A stretch of DNA of 64,000 nt from an uncultured virus (IMG/VR IMGVR_UViG_3300027749_003369) (lineage: Duplodnaviria; Heunggongvirae; Uroviricota; Caudoviricetes). This document shows positions 48,029-57,282 of this stretch, piece by piece (position 1 is the stretch's first letter; each line of letters opens with the position of its first letter). The stretch lies in IMG/VR virus record IMGVR_UViG_3300027749_003369; one strand, given 5' to 3'. Made by a program: the position numbers and the translations under genes. Below the pieces are notes generated by a model. The model worked only from the letters and a program-made list of their open reading frames with translations. It was not told where the DNA came from and searched no databases.

Positions 48029-48802
48029 ATGGTTAAAAAAATATTAATAATGGGATTACCTGGTTCAGGAAAAAGTTATCTAGCGGACAAATTAGTATCA
48101 AAAATTGACGCTGTTTGGCTAAATGCAGATAGAGTTAGAGAAGAAGCTAACGATTGGGATTTTTCAATTGAAGGAAGACAAAGACAAGCTAAACGTATGA
48201 AAGATTTGGCTCAATCAGCACTTAATCAAAATAAAAATGTTGTAGCTGATTTTGTATGTCCAACAGAAAAAACTAGAAAAGATTTTGATGCCGATTATAC
48301 AGTATGGGTGGATACAATAAAAGAAGGTCGTTTTGAAGATACTAATAAAGTATTTGAAAAACCTAATGAATATGATTTTAGAGTTCCTACTCAAAATGCT
48401 GAATTATGGTCTATAAGAATAGCTGATGAAATAATTCCTTACACATGGGATAATCGTAAACCAACAGCACAAATGTTAGGCAGATGGCAACCATGGCATG
48501 AAGGACACCAAACATTATTTGAAGAAATAATTAAAAAAACAGGACAAGTTAATATACAAGTTAGAGATGTACAAGGTGTTGGTGATAATCCTTTTGATTT
48601 TGAAACTGTCAAAAGTAATATAGAACAAGCTTTAATTACTTATAAAAATAGAATTAAAATAACATTAGTTCCTAATATAACAAATATATGTTATGGTAGA
48701 GGTGTAGGATATAAAATAGAAGAAATAATTTTATCAGAAAATATACAAAAAATATCTGCTACCGAAATAAGAAAAAAAATGAGAGAAGAAGGTAAACTTT
48801 AA
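48029..48802 (+). CDS. Adenylyl-sulfate kinase-like P-loop domain fused to HxGH nucleotidyltransferase-like domain
   Basis: GLPGSGKS and LNADRVR; GRWQPWHEGH...ISATEIR. Confidence 0.7.
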   Translation: MVKKILIMGLPGSGKSYLADKLVSKIDAVWLNADRVREEANDWDFSIEGRQRQAKRMKDLAQSALNQNKNVVADFVCPTEKTRKDFDADYTVWVDTIKEGRFEDTNKVFEKPNEYDFRVPTQNAELWSIRIADEIIPYTWDNRKPTAQMLGRWQPWHEGHQTLFEEIIKKTGQVNIQVRDVQGVGDNPFDFETVKSNIEQALITYKNRIKITLVPNITNICYGRGVGYKIEEIILSENIQKISATEIRKKMREEGKL

Positions 48803-48960
48803 TGATCACTAAGCTTACAAAAAATTGTCCTCATTGTGAAACTAAATATATAGTAGCGTGGGATAATGATAAGTACGAAATGAATCCAATAACATGTCCG
48901 TTTTGTAGCCACGAAATAGATGAGGACGTAAGTGAAAAAGATAACGATAGTTGGGATTGA
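48802..48960 (+). CDS. Small zinc-ribbon protein (52 aa, not in ORF track)
   Basis: CPHC...CPFC with acidic tail. Confidence 0.6.
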   Translation: MITKLTKNCPHCETKYIVAWDNDKYEMNPITCPFCSHEIDEDVSEKDNDSWD

Positions 48961-49477
48961 TTTTAGTTTAAATTCTCCCGCCATATGTGTTAGTGATGGT
49001 AGTTTTAAGTTTGAAGATTGTTATTTTTACTATTTAACCAGTAAGAAAAAACATATTGGTAATATGATGAAGAACATACTAGGTACCGAACATACAGAGT
49101 ACACTAATCCTATAGAACGATTTGCCAATCTATCCACTTGGGCATTATCTATCATAAACAAATTAGAGAATCCACAAATTTTTATAGAAGGTTATTCATT
49201 TGGAAGTAAAGGTCAAGCAGTATTTCAAATAGCAGAGAACGGTGGTATATTAAAATATAGATTGAAACAATATGATTATAAGATATTAGTACCAAGTGTT
49301 ATTAAGAAATTTGCTACAGGCAAAGGTAACGCAGATAAACAAAAGATGTATGAACAGTTTACTACCGATACTGATACAAACATGATGAAAATATTTGATA
49401 TACCTACATTAAACAATCCAGTAACAGATATAATAGATGCTTATTATATTGCAAAGGCTGGCCATAGTAAATTATGA
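48932..49477 (+). CDS. RuvC-like nuclease/resolvase
   Basis: VGIDFS, FIEGY, KKFATGKGNADK and DIIDAY. Confidence 0.75.
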   Translation: MKKITIVGIDFSLNSPAICVSDGSFKFEDCYFYYLTSKKKHIGNMMKNILGTEHTEYTNPIERFANLSTWALSIINKLENPQIFIEGYSFGSKGQAVFQIAENGGILKYRLKQYDYKILVPSVIKKFATGKGNADKQKMYEQFTTDTDTNMMKIFDIPTLNNPVTDIIDAYYIAKAGHSKL

Positions 49478-50148
49478 TAAATGTTTGTTGTGTATTCTAC
49501 GGTAACAAATACACTAGTGATTACGTTCAAAACTTATATAATATGGTAAAAAAGCACTTGACTGTACCTCATAAGTTTTATTGTTTTACGGATCATACTA
49601 ATATGTTTGATCATGTTTATGGAGATATCATTTATAAAGACTTACCATTAAAAGGTTATAAGGGTTGGTGGAATAAACTACAACTATTTAATACTGATAT
49701 TGAACTTCAAGGTGTAAACCTATACTTTGATATAGATATAGTTATTACTAAAAACATTGATTGTTTTGCTACTTATGGAGACGACAAATCTTTTTGTATA
49801 ATTAGTGATTTTGAACCAAAATTTAAAGAATACAATTCAAGTATAATGAAATGGAATAATGATACGGCCTCTATTATATGGAAAAAATATATAGAATGGC
49901 AAGATCATTATAATAATTTTCATAACGATCAACAAGTTATTACAGATATAATACATGATAAAGATATATTAAAAATATATCCAGACGAATGGTCATTTTC
50001 ATACAAATGGTATAGTAGAGAAAAACCTAGATTTGATATTTCAGAACAAACTTATGAGGAAGATAAGAACGCAAAGATTGCCGTCTTTCATGGCAAACCA
50101 GACCCACACGAATCAAAACAAGAATGGGTTAAAAAACATTGGAGATAA
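49474..50148 (+). CDS. Glycosyltransferase (GT-A, GT8-like)
   Basis: WWNKLQLF, YFDID, NSSIM, DQ and VFHGKPDP. Confidence 0.75.
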   Translation: MINVCCVFYGNKYTSDYVQNLYNMVKKHLTVPHKFYCFTDHTNMFDHVYGDIIYKDLPLKGYKGWWNKLQLFNTDIELQGVNLYFDIDIVITKNIDCFATYGDDKSFCIISDFEPKFKEYNSSIMKWNNDTASIIWKKYIEWQDHYNNFHNDQQVITDIIHDKDILKIYPDEWSFSYKWYSREKPRFDISEQTYEEDKNAKIAVFHGKPDPHESKQEWVKKHWR

Positions 50149-50168
50149 TTCGTTCATTACCTTCATTA

Positions 50169-50274
50169 GAACAAAACGTGAACAATTATAATAATAAGTC
50201 ATTGATTATAAACACCTATTTCTTTTAAAAAACGTAAAATAACGCTTGTATTGTGTATTTTAGTATGTTATTAT
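50169..50274 (+). promoter_or_regulatory. Early promoter with GAAC-N7-GAAC box and IHF-consensus site
   Basis: GAACAAAACGTGAAC (50169), TAAGTCATTGATT (50195), TTGTAT (50246), TG-n-TATTAT (50269). Confidence 0.65.
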
Positions 50275-50305
50275 ATACGTATAAATTGAAACAAAGGACT
50301 ATAAT

Positions 50306-50497
50306 ATGAAAACTAAAGATTACGCAGTAGAAGTTGCAGAAACAAAAGCAGACGCTATTAAAGAGTTATTACTTAATAATGAAATATCTCAAGCTGAGGC
50401 AGCAGATATGTTAAGTAAAATTCAAAACATAGAATTAATTACAAATATGGATTATGATGATATTGCCTATGAGTGGATAATGGAAAGTAGAGGTTAA
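50306..50497 (+). CDS. Early hypothetical protein
   Basis: Acidic small ORF after the promoter. Confidence 0.55.
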   Translation: MKTKDYAVEVAETKADAIKELLLNNEISQAEAADMLSKIQNIELITNMDYDDIAYEWIMESRG

Positions 50498-50499
50498 TT

Positions 50500-50805
50500 A
50501 TGATATACTATAATAAAAATGATTTAGGTAAAAGTGTTTACAGAGTTGTACAAGATTATGTTGTACAAGTTGCTTATTATGTTAAAGCTAAAAGTGCTGA
50601 CGAAGCTAGAGATATTGCTTTAGATTTTGGTGGTATTAATAGTGATAATGTAAGAGACATGATTAAACAAGATTCAGATCAATTAGAATTAGATTGGTAT
50701 GATACTGGTTTTGATGATCAAACCGAAGAACATCTTGGTATAATTATCAATGATGAAAACGATCAAGATGAAGTTATGCTTGACAAATATGCAGAAGCAG
50801 TGTAG
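50500..50805 (+). CDS. Early hypothetical protein
   Basis: Acidic ORF. Confidence 0.55.
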   Translation: MIYYNKNDLGKSVYRVVQDYVVQVAYYVKAKSADEARDIALDFGGINSDNVRDMIKQDSDQLELDWYDTGFDDQTEEHLGIIINDENDQDEVMLDKYAEAV

Positions 50806-50834
50806 TATAATATTAACAACAAGGAGACTATATA

Positions 50835-51026
50835 ATGACAAACATTGAATTAATACAAATAGATATAATCAATCAAATAATTGCTAGTATTGACCATGGT
50901 GATTTAGAATCAGCAAGAGATACAGCTATTAGATTCAGAGATACATTACAAGAAGATGTGGATAAAGCAGAATCGGATATTGATATACAATTACAATTAG
51001 AAACTGAAAGTAAATTTGGTAAATAA
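50835..51026 (+). CDS. Early hypothetical protein
   Basis: AAGGAG SD. Confidence 0.55.
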   Translation: MTNIELIQIDIINQIIASIDHGDLESARDTAIRFRDTLQEDVDKAESDIDIQLQLETESKFGK

Positions 51027-51220
51027 TGAAACAACATTGGTTTAGAATTACATTTGAATCAAAAATAGTAGATGATAATGGCACTACAGAATTTACTGTT
51101 AAAGCTAAAAATTATGCAGAGGCCGAAAAGAAAGCATTATCACGATTTAATAAAAAAGAAACTTTAAATTGTATAATAGTTATTGAGAAGTTAAATAAGG
51201 AGAACAAACATGTGCGATAG
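51026..51220 (+). CDS. Hypothetical protein
   Basis: Coupled ORF. Confidence 0.5.
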   Translation: MKQHWFRITFESKIVDDNGTTEFTVKAKNYAEAEKKALSRFNKKETLNCIIVIEKLNKENKHVR

Positions 51221-51401
51221 AACTATAAAAATTAGAAAAGGATCATTATTAGATGTTAATTCTAATACAAATTCAATAGAGTTTACAGTAAAAGGTATTA
51301 ATACAAAAGCTTTTGGTAGACATATTGATAATTTACCACCTGATGTTAAAAATCAAAGGGAATGGGTTAAAAAAGAAGCAGAAACAAATGTTAACGAATA
51401 A
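51210..51401 (+). CDS. Hypothetical protein
   Basis: AAGGAG SD. Confidence 0.45.
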   Translation: MCDRTIKIRKGSLLDVNSNTNSIEFTVKGINTKAFGRHIDNLPPDVKNQREWVKKEAETNVNE

Positions 51402-51687
51402 ACAAAGATTAGAACTAGCCATGACACAATACCGTAAATGGTTAAAGTCATTAGGTTTAAAGTTAAATAAAAAAGGTAGAGTAATCAGTAATCATAAAGG
51501 CTTTGATATACCAGATTACAAAACAAAAGAATCTATACCTACAAGTGATAGAGTTGTTGGTGATACATTTAAAAGAACTTATGCAACAAAGTTACCTGCT
51601 GGTAAAACGATAGGCATCGCTTACAATAAAGGGGCATATCAAGTTATAGATAGTACAGATTTTAAAACAATGGGAAGAAAGATATAA
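51388..51687 (+). CDS. Conserved phage hypothetical protein
   Basis: AYNKGAYQVI motif; start at MLTNKQ. Confidence 0.55.
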   Translation: MLTNKQRLELAMTQYRKWLKSLGLKLNKKGRVISNHKGFDIPDYKTKESIPTSDRVVGDTFKRTYATKLPAGKTIGIAYNKGAYQVIDSTDFKTMGRKI

Positions 51688-51848
51688 TGACAAATAAAGA
51701 CTTATTTAAAAACGTAGATAAGAAAAAAAGAAGCAAAGAAATTGATGGATACTATTTTGATGGTAAAAAATCATATACTTTATATAAAAATGAAGATGGT
51801 GAAATATCATACAAAATAAACAAACAAAAGAAAGGAAAAAAGAAATGA
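51687..51848 (+). CDS. Small basic protein (53 aa, not in ORF track)
   Basis: MTNKDLF...DGYYFDGKK; TAATG coupling. Confidence 0.45.
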   Translation: MTNKDLFKNVDKKKRSKEIDGYYFDGKKSYTLYKNEDGEISYKINKQKKGKKK

Positions 51849-51949
51849 TCTGGTTTATGTTTATACTAGGATTAATAGTTGGAGTGTGGTTAGGATGGAA
51901 ATACGAACACGTGGTAAATGATTTTATTGAGTCTTGGAAAAGCTATTAA
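51845..51949 (+). CDS. Small membrane peptide (34 aa)
   Basis: MIWFMFILGLIVGVWLGWKYE; ATGA overlap. Confidence 0.45.
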   Translation: MIWFMFILGLIVGVWLGWKYEHVVNDFIESWKSY

Positions 51950-52031
51950 TATCAATAACTTGAAGTCATTGTTTTTAAATACTTATTTCTTTGATTTTAG
52001 GCTTGCAATTGACACAAAAAAGTATTACCTT
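51950..52031 (+). promoter_or_regulatory. Early-type promoter with IHF-like sites
   Basis: TATCAATAACTTG (51950), GAAGTCATTGTTT (51962), TTGCAA (52003)-17-TACCTT. Confidence 0.5.
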
Positions 52032-52066
52032 ATACAGTAAGACTAACTTAATTAAAAATATATATT

Positions 52067-52396
52067 ATGATAACTTATGATAAAGACACTCTTTTTAAAG
52101 AGTTCAGAGACGCCAAAGAAAAAGATGTTGCTCTTTCAACAAAGAAAAAAATAGAAGATAAAGAAGTTGATATCTATACAAATAGAATACAATTTTTCAA
52201 AGATCATATTAAAAATAAATCTGTAAACCCTAGAACTTACGACAATTTAGATATTAATTTTGAAGAATTGTTAAAAGCTTATGAAAGTGAAAATCCTCGT
52301 GATTACTTTTATTATTCTGTATTTGGTAAATCATATCAACAGAAAATGTGGGAAGAAGAAGCTGAATTAGAAGATGAGAAACTTGCGAATATTTAG
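52067..52396 (+). CDS. Hypothetical protein
   Basis: ORF after the promoter. Confidence 0.55.
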   Translation: MITYDKDTLFKEFRDAKEKDVALSTKKKIEDKEVDIYTNRIQFFKDHIKNKSVNPRTYDNLDINFEELLKAYESENPRDYFYYSVFGKSYQQKMWEEEAELEDEKLANI

Positions 52397-52868
52397 TTTA
52401 ATTTTACTTTTGTTTGTTGTTAATCAGTGTGCTAATAATCGTAGTTACACTGGCGCCACTCTTGGTGCAGTAACTACGACAGCCGCTTGTTTACAATTTA
52501 CAGATAATCCTATTGTTGCTGCTACGTGTGCTGTTGGCGGGGCTTTAGTCGGTGCTGATATAATGTATAAATCAGATTATGATGTTCATAACGCTGTATT
52601 TGTAGATCACCTAAACAAAGGTACTTCTTCATCTTACACAAATTGGCATAATGAAGCTACCAATAATTCAGGTAGTGTAAAGACATATTCAACATATATG
52701 GAAGGCCCGATTAAGTGTAAAGATTATGAATCAACTGTAGATATTACGAATCAATGGCCATTAATTGGTATTGGTGGTATTAATAGAAAAGTAGAGTTTG
52801 GAACTGCTTGTCAACAACCAGATGGAAGGTGGGTAGAAAAAGATGTCCTTAGACAAAGAACAAATTAA
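52374..52868 (+). CDS. Lipoprotein, 17-kDa surface antigen / glycine-zipper-like
   Basis: Signal + Cys; GA.LGA...GGALVGA; W.N...G...C..Y...GTACQQPDGRW. Confidence 0.7.
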   Translation: MRNLRIFSLILLLFVVNQCANNRSYTGATLGAVTTTAACLQFTDNPIVAATCAVGGALVGADIMYKSDYDVHNAVFVDHLNKGTSSSYTNWHNEATNNSGSVKTYSTYMEGPIKCKDYESTVDITNQWPLIGIGGINRKVEFGTACQQPDGRWVEKDVLRQRTN

Positions 52869-53016
52869 TATATTAAAACAAAGAGAAAAAGAAATAGTTG
52901 AAGAAATAAATTTTTTTGATCACAATTTTCATGCTAGAAAAGCTTTAGAAGAAGAATTGTATGAAATAGTAGATACATTAAAAAAATTAGAGGTGCAAAT
53001 TGAACAACAAGGGTAA
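52843..53016 (+). CDS. Small coiled-coil protein (57 aa, not in ORF track)
   Basis: MSLDKEQINILKQRE... Confidence 0.4.
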   Translation: MSLDKEQINILKQREKEIVEEINFFDHNFHARKALEEELYEIVDTLKKLEVQIEQQG

Positions 53017-53115
53017 ACAACCAATAAGATTAGTATCAGAAAAGTCTATCATTAGATTCTGTATAGTTGTATTGGTAATATTATTATGTGGTATACTACA
53101 ATTCAGAAGTTAACA

Positions 53116-53751
53116 ATGAAATCATTAAATATAACAGGTAAATTTTTAAAACCTTATGCAATAGAGTTATTAGATACTTTATTGTATATATTAAAAGAAT
53201 TATTCTTAACAATTAAATCATTACTGCCTAAAAAAAAATTAATATGGGATTGGAGAAAAGGTAGAGCAGAATTAAATTTCAAGAAATACTTTTTATATAT
53301 TCTTTTATTTTATTTTCTTTTACATGTTTTTATTTCAAAAGTAAGAGCAAATGAAACTTTTATTATGCCTAAAGTTGAGATGACTGAAGAAGAAAAACAA
53401 CATGATAATGCTTTATATCAAAAAGTTATTAAAGACATAGATGATTTAAATAATAAACAGACTTATGAATTAAGTAGAACTATTACACCTAAAGAAAGTG
53501 CTAATCAGAACTGTTATGTATCAGTAAAGATTACACAAGAAGGAGAAAGTGTTGTTAAAAAAGAAATTTTGGAGTGTGCTGACGGTAGAAAGGGTTTAAT
53601 TACACCTGGCTACTGGGAAATGTTTGCACAATTCTATTATAAAGATGTATCGGCACCAGAATATTGCAGATACTATAGTAGACCAGATCACGCCTTTAAA
53701 TCGTTCGGAAAGACGTGCCTAAACAAGAACGGTGAATGGAGAGTGCAATAA
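53116..53751 (+). CDS. Membrane-anchored hypothetical protein
   Basis: TM segment and Cys-containing C-terminal domain. Confidence 0.55.
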   Translation: MKSLNITGKFLKPYAIELLDTLLYILKELFLTIKSLLPKKKLIWDWRKGRAELNFKKYFLYILLFYFLLHVFISKVRANETFIMPKVEMTEEEKQHDNALYQKVIKDIDDLNNKQTYELSRTITPKESANQNCYVSVKITQEGESVVKKEILECADGRKGLITPGYWEMFAQFYYKDVSAPEYCRYYSRPDHAFKSFGKTCLNKNGEWRVQ

Positions 53752-53891
53752 TGTTTAAAAACATTATAATCGCCACTCTTATCTATATGCTAGTGTTTAA
53801 CGTGTCTTTTAAAGACCTTTTTAAAACAATTAGAAAAGGACTTGACAAAACAGAACAGATAGTATATGATGTAAATAGGAGTGTGAAATAA
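53751..53891 (+). CDS. Small membrane protein (46 aa)
   Basis: MFKNIIIATLIYMLVF; TAATG coupling. Confidence 0.4.
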   Translation: MFKNIIIATLIYMLVFNVSFKDLFKTIRKGLDKTEQIVYDVNRSVK

Positions 53892-53892
53892 T

Positions 53893-54516
53893 ATGATGAT
53901 AAGACTAATGACGATCACAATACTTGGCATGTTGCTAGGTGCTTGTGCTAATACTGGCTTAAACCAGAACTATGAAATTAAAGCAGAAAAGGATAATACA
54001 TTAACAGTTATCCCTGCTTGGTACGTTAATCAAATCAAACAAAAAGAAGTTTGTAACTTAAATTCTATTGAATCTAAAGGCACAGACAAACAATGTTTAT
54101 TTGGTACAGGTACCGCTGTATCGCCAGACTTAAATCTCGCAATTGAGAAAGCAAAGATGTTAGCGAAAGCTGATATTGCTGACGTTATAAAAGGCGAAAT
54201 GAATAAACAATCTAAACAGTTTATAACTGAATTAGGCAAAACCGAACAAAAGACTATAGTATCACAAGTAGAATCTACTTTAGTTAACGTAATACAAAAT
54301 ACACCTGTTAGAGGGTATGAAGTATTTGCTACAGAAGTATCAACTACAAATCAAGGTTACTATAGAGCATGGGTTGGTTTAAAACTTCCTTTAGGTGAAT
54401 ATAATAAGATGTATCACTACAATATTGAAGAAGTAGCGAACTCTTATAAACTAAAAGAAAAGGCCGATCTGGCGTTTAAAGAAACTGTTAAGAACGTTGA
54501 AAACAAAGCAAACTAA
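53893..54516 (+). CDS. Lipoprotein, LPP20-like
   Basis: Lipobox LGAC; P.W...G.G.S....A...A...A pattern. Confidence 0.65.
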   Translation: MMIRLMTITILGMLLGACANTGLNQNYEIKAEKDNTLTVIPAWYVNQIKQKEVCNLNSIESKGTDKQCLFGTGTAVSPDLNLAIEKAKMLAKADIADVIKGEMNKQSKQFITELGKTEQKTIVSQVESTLVNVIQNTPVRGYEVFATEVSTTNQGYYRAWVGLKLPLGEYNKMYHYNIEEVANSYKLKEKADLAFKETVKNVENKAN

Positions 54517-54800
54517 TGAGTGATATATCTAACATTTTATTATATTCTAAGAATAATTGTGGATATTGTGTTAAGGCTAAGTTGTTATTAAATAATCTTG
54601 GCCTTACTTACACAGAAAAAAAGTTCGAAGATTTTGCTTCAACCGAAGCATTATATGAAGAAATAGGTAAAAATGTTAGATCAATGCCACAAATTAAAAT
54701 AAATGGTCAACTTATTGGTGGTTATAATCAATTGGTTGAATATTTACACGATAAAGAATTAGTCAATTTTGAAGGTAAAATAATTAAATCAGATAATTAA
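54516..54800 (+). CDS. nrdC: Glutaredoxin
   Basis: CGYC, SMPQI and IGGY. Confidence 0.9.
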   Translation: MSDISNILLYSKNNCGYCVKAKLLLNNLGLTYTEKKFEDFASTEALYEEIGKNVRSMPQIKINGQLIGGYNQLVEYLHDKELVNFEGKIIKSDN

Positions 54801-54849
54801 TGACAAAAAATCAAATAGAATATTATTGGCTAAAATGGTTGTTGCTTAG

Positions 54850-55329
54850 ATGACCGATAATAATAAAGTAATTTTATTTCCAACAAATAGAATAGTTAAT
54901 AAAGAAACAGCAAAAAAAGATCCTGTTGCTTCTGAAAAAGAAAGAATAAAACAAACAAAAGAATTTGTTGAAGGAAACGTAGATGAAATTGCTTTAATGG
55001 TATTAAGAAAATTTGTAGAAATGTCTATATTGACAGAGAAACCAGAATTTACAAAAGATTTGGCATTATTGGTAGATATAATGAGAGGTTTAATTTATAG
55101 AGATTTTGATGTTAAACATCCTGCTCAAAAATTATCTGATAAAATAGTTAATGTTAATACGAGCAGATTTGGCCCTATTGCATCAATAGATTATAGTTTA
55201 GTTATAGATGAAAAACATAAACCACATAAACCTTTTAGTAAAGATATTAAAGATGAGATTAAAAAAACAAATGATGGATGGACAGATTTTGAAGCAGATT
55301 TTGATACACCAGATGATTGGGAGAAATAG
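54850..55329 (+). CDS. Hypothetical protein
   Basis: NKVILFP N-terminus. Confidence 0.55.
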   Translation: MTDNNKVILFPTNRIVNKETAKKDPVASEKERIKQTKEFVEGNVDEIALMVLRKFVEMSILTEKPEFTKDLALLVDIMRGLIYRDFDVKHPAQKLSDKIVNVNTSRFGPIASIDYSLVIDEKHKPHKPFSKDIKDEIKKTNDGWTDFEADFDTPDDWEK

Positions 55330-55402
55330 ATTTATGGAAATTCTTAATAGAATCGCCTTCGCAGGTTGTAAAATAGCAATTGAAAAACAAGGAGAAAATA
55401 TA

Positions 55403-55693
55403 ATGTTAAAAACATTGAAAAGAGCATTTACACGTGGTAATGCTTCAAAAACACAAAAAGTACTTAACCTATTGTCATCTGGGAAACCAGTGTCATGGAA
55501 AACTTTGAGAGACAGATTTGATCTAGTATCTCCAAGAGCTATGATTGACAAATTAAGATTAGAAGGAAATATGATTTATATCAATAAAACTTCTACAGGT
55601 ACTTCATATAGATTAGGAACACCATCTAAAGCAATTATTGCTGCTGGTATCAAAAAACTATATGGAAGATCGTTACAATCTTATAACGCTTAA
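55403..55693 (+). CDS. Winged-helix DNA-binding protein (putative)
   Basis: KTQKVLNLL..G...RF....PRA.I..LR.EG..IY...YRLG; AAGGAG SD. Confidence 0.6.
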   Translation: MLKTLKRAFTRGNASKTQKVLNLLSSGKPVSWKTLRDRFDLVSPRAMIDKLRLEGNMIYINKTSTGTSYRLGTPSKAIIAAGIKKLYGRSLQSYNA

Positions 55694-55703
55694 TTAGTGT
55701 TTT

Positions 55704-55737
55704 ATAGAGGCGAGAAATATATAACGCTCGCCTCTAT
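55704..55737 (+). terminator. Stem-loop ATAGAGGCGAG...CTCGCCTCTAT
   Basis: 11-bp inverted repeat. Confidence 0.65.
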
Positions 55738-55749
55738 TACTATAACAAA

Positions 55750-56595
55750 ATGATTTTAATAGACCTCAATCAAGTGTTAATATCAAACCTTATGGCACAG
55801 ACCAGAGGTAAGGCTGAAAACATGCCTAATAAAGAAATGATTAGACACATGGTAATCAATTCATTGAGAGGTTTTAATTTAAAATTCAAAAAAGAATATG
55901 GCGATAAAATAGTTTTATGTGCTGACGCTGGAGATCCTTGGCGTAGAGATATATTTCCTAATTATAAACATGCTCGTAGAAAAGGTAGAGTAGATTCTGC
56001 CACAGATTGGGATAATATATTTAATGTAATTACAGAAATTAAAAACGAGATAGCAGAAAACTTTCCTTATGTTATGATGTATGTAGAAAAGGCTGAAGCT
56101 GATGATATTATAGCAGTACTTGTAAAACATACAAAAGAACCTATTATGATTATAAGTGGCGATAAAGATTTTATACAACTACAATCAAAACCTAATGTTA
56201 AACAATACAGTCCTATACAAAAGGTATTTGTTGGTGAAGGATTAGATCCTAATAATTTTTTACATGAACAGATTATAAAAGGAGACCGATCAGACGGTAT
56301 ACCTAATATATTAAGTCCAGATGATATCTTTTTAACAGGTGAGAAACAAAGACCTATTAATAAGAAACGACTTGAAGAATGGGCCAAAGTTAGTAATATA
56401 CCTCTTGGCAGTGAAACCAGCAAATATTACGAGAGAAATAAGAGATTAATAGACCTTTCTTGCATACCAGAAGAACTAGAAAGAACTATTATAAATACCT
56501 ATAAGAACTATAAAGTGCCTAGTAGGTCCAAACTTCTACCGTATTTTATAGAACACAAACTAAAATCGTTAATGAGCAACATTGGTGATTTTTAA
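55750..56595 (+). CDS. rnh: T4 RNase H (5'-3' exonuclease)
   Basis: ILID, WRR..FP.YK, EADDII, SGDKDF.QL and GDRSDGIPN. Confidence 0.92.
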   Translation: MILIDLNQVLISNLMAQTRGKAENMPNKEMIRHMVINSLRGFNLKFKKEYGDKIVLCADAGDPWRRDIFPNYKHARRKGRVDSATDWDNIFNVITEIKNEIAENFPYVMMYVEKAEADDIIAVLVKHTKEPIMIISGDKDFIQLQSKPNVKQYSPIQKVFVGEGLDPNNFLHEQIIKGDRSDGIPNILSPDDIFLTGEKQRPINKKRLEEWAKVSNIPLGSETSKYYERNKRLIDLSCIPEELERTIINTYKNYKVPSRSKLLPYFIEHKLKSLMSNIGDF

Positions 56596-56620
56596 TATTC
56601 GAATATTGGAGTAAATAATT

Positions 56621-57136
56621 ATGGCAGAAATAGAACAAGCTAGACATTCTAGCTTAATGAGTAAAAAAGGAATGGCAGCAACGGCTCGTACGGCCACAAA
56701 TGCTAGACCATTAGCACACGAAATATTTACACAAGTAAATAACGCAAAAGACAAACCTTTAAAAATTGAAGTATTAAGAAAACACGACAGTCAAGGTTTA
56801 AGACAGATACTTAAAGCTGCTTTTGATCCTAAAATCGTTTTTGATGTACCTGAAGGAATTCCGCCATATATGGCAAATGAAGCTCCAGCAGGAACAGATC
56901 ATACCTCTTTATTAGATGAAGTAAGAAAACTTTATCTTTTCATTAAAGGTGGAAGCACAATACCTAAAATTAAAAAAGAAACTCTTTTTATACAAATGCT
57001 AGAAGCATTACATAAAGATGACGCTGAAGTTTTAATTAATATCAAAGATAAAAAATTAAATCTAGTTTATAAAGGCTTAACTGAGAACGTAGTTAAAGAA
57101 GCTTTTAACTGGAATGACGATTTTTTACGTAAATAA
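56621..57136 (+). CDS. Conserved T4-like hypothetical protein (DUF6433-like)
   Basis: PEG.PPY...KETLFIQMLE.LH..AE. Confidence 0.6.
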   Translation: MAEIEQARHSSLMSKKGMAATARTATNARPLAHEIFTQVNNAKDKPLKIEVLRKHDSQGLRQILKAAFDPKIVFDVPEGIPPYMANEAPAGTDHTSLLDEVRKLYLFIKGGSTIPKIKKETLFIQMLEALHKDDAEVLINIKDKKLNLVYKGLTENVVKEAFNWNDDFLRK

Positions 57137-57141
57137 TCAAT

Positions 57142-57252
57142 AATAGGGTGTTGTATATTTGCAACATCCTATTAAGTCATTGATTTTCATATCATATTTC
57201 TTTTTAAATAATCAAAATAACGCTTGTATTCATCAAGTTTAAATGTTATATT
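57142..57252 (+). promoter_or_regulatory. Palindrome + IHF-consensus site + early promoter
   Basis: AATAGGGTGTTG...CAACATCCTATT, TAAGTCATTGATT (57173), TTGTAT (57224), TG-n-TATATT (57247). Confidence 0.65.
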
Positions 57253-57282
57253 ATACCTATATTAACAACTATAAAATATAAT

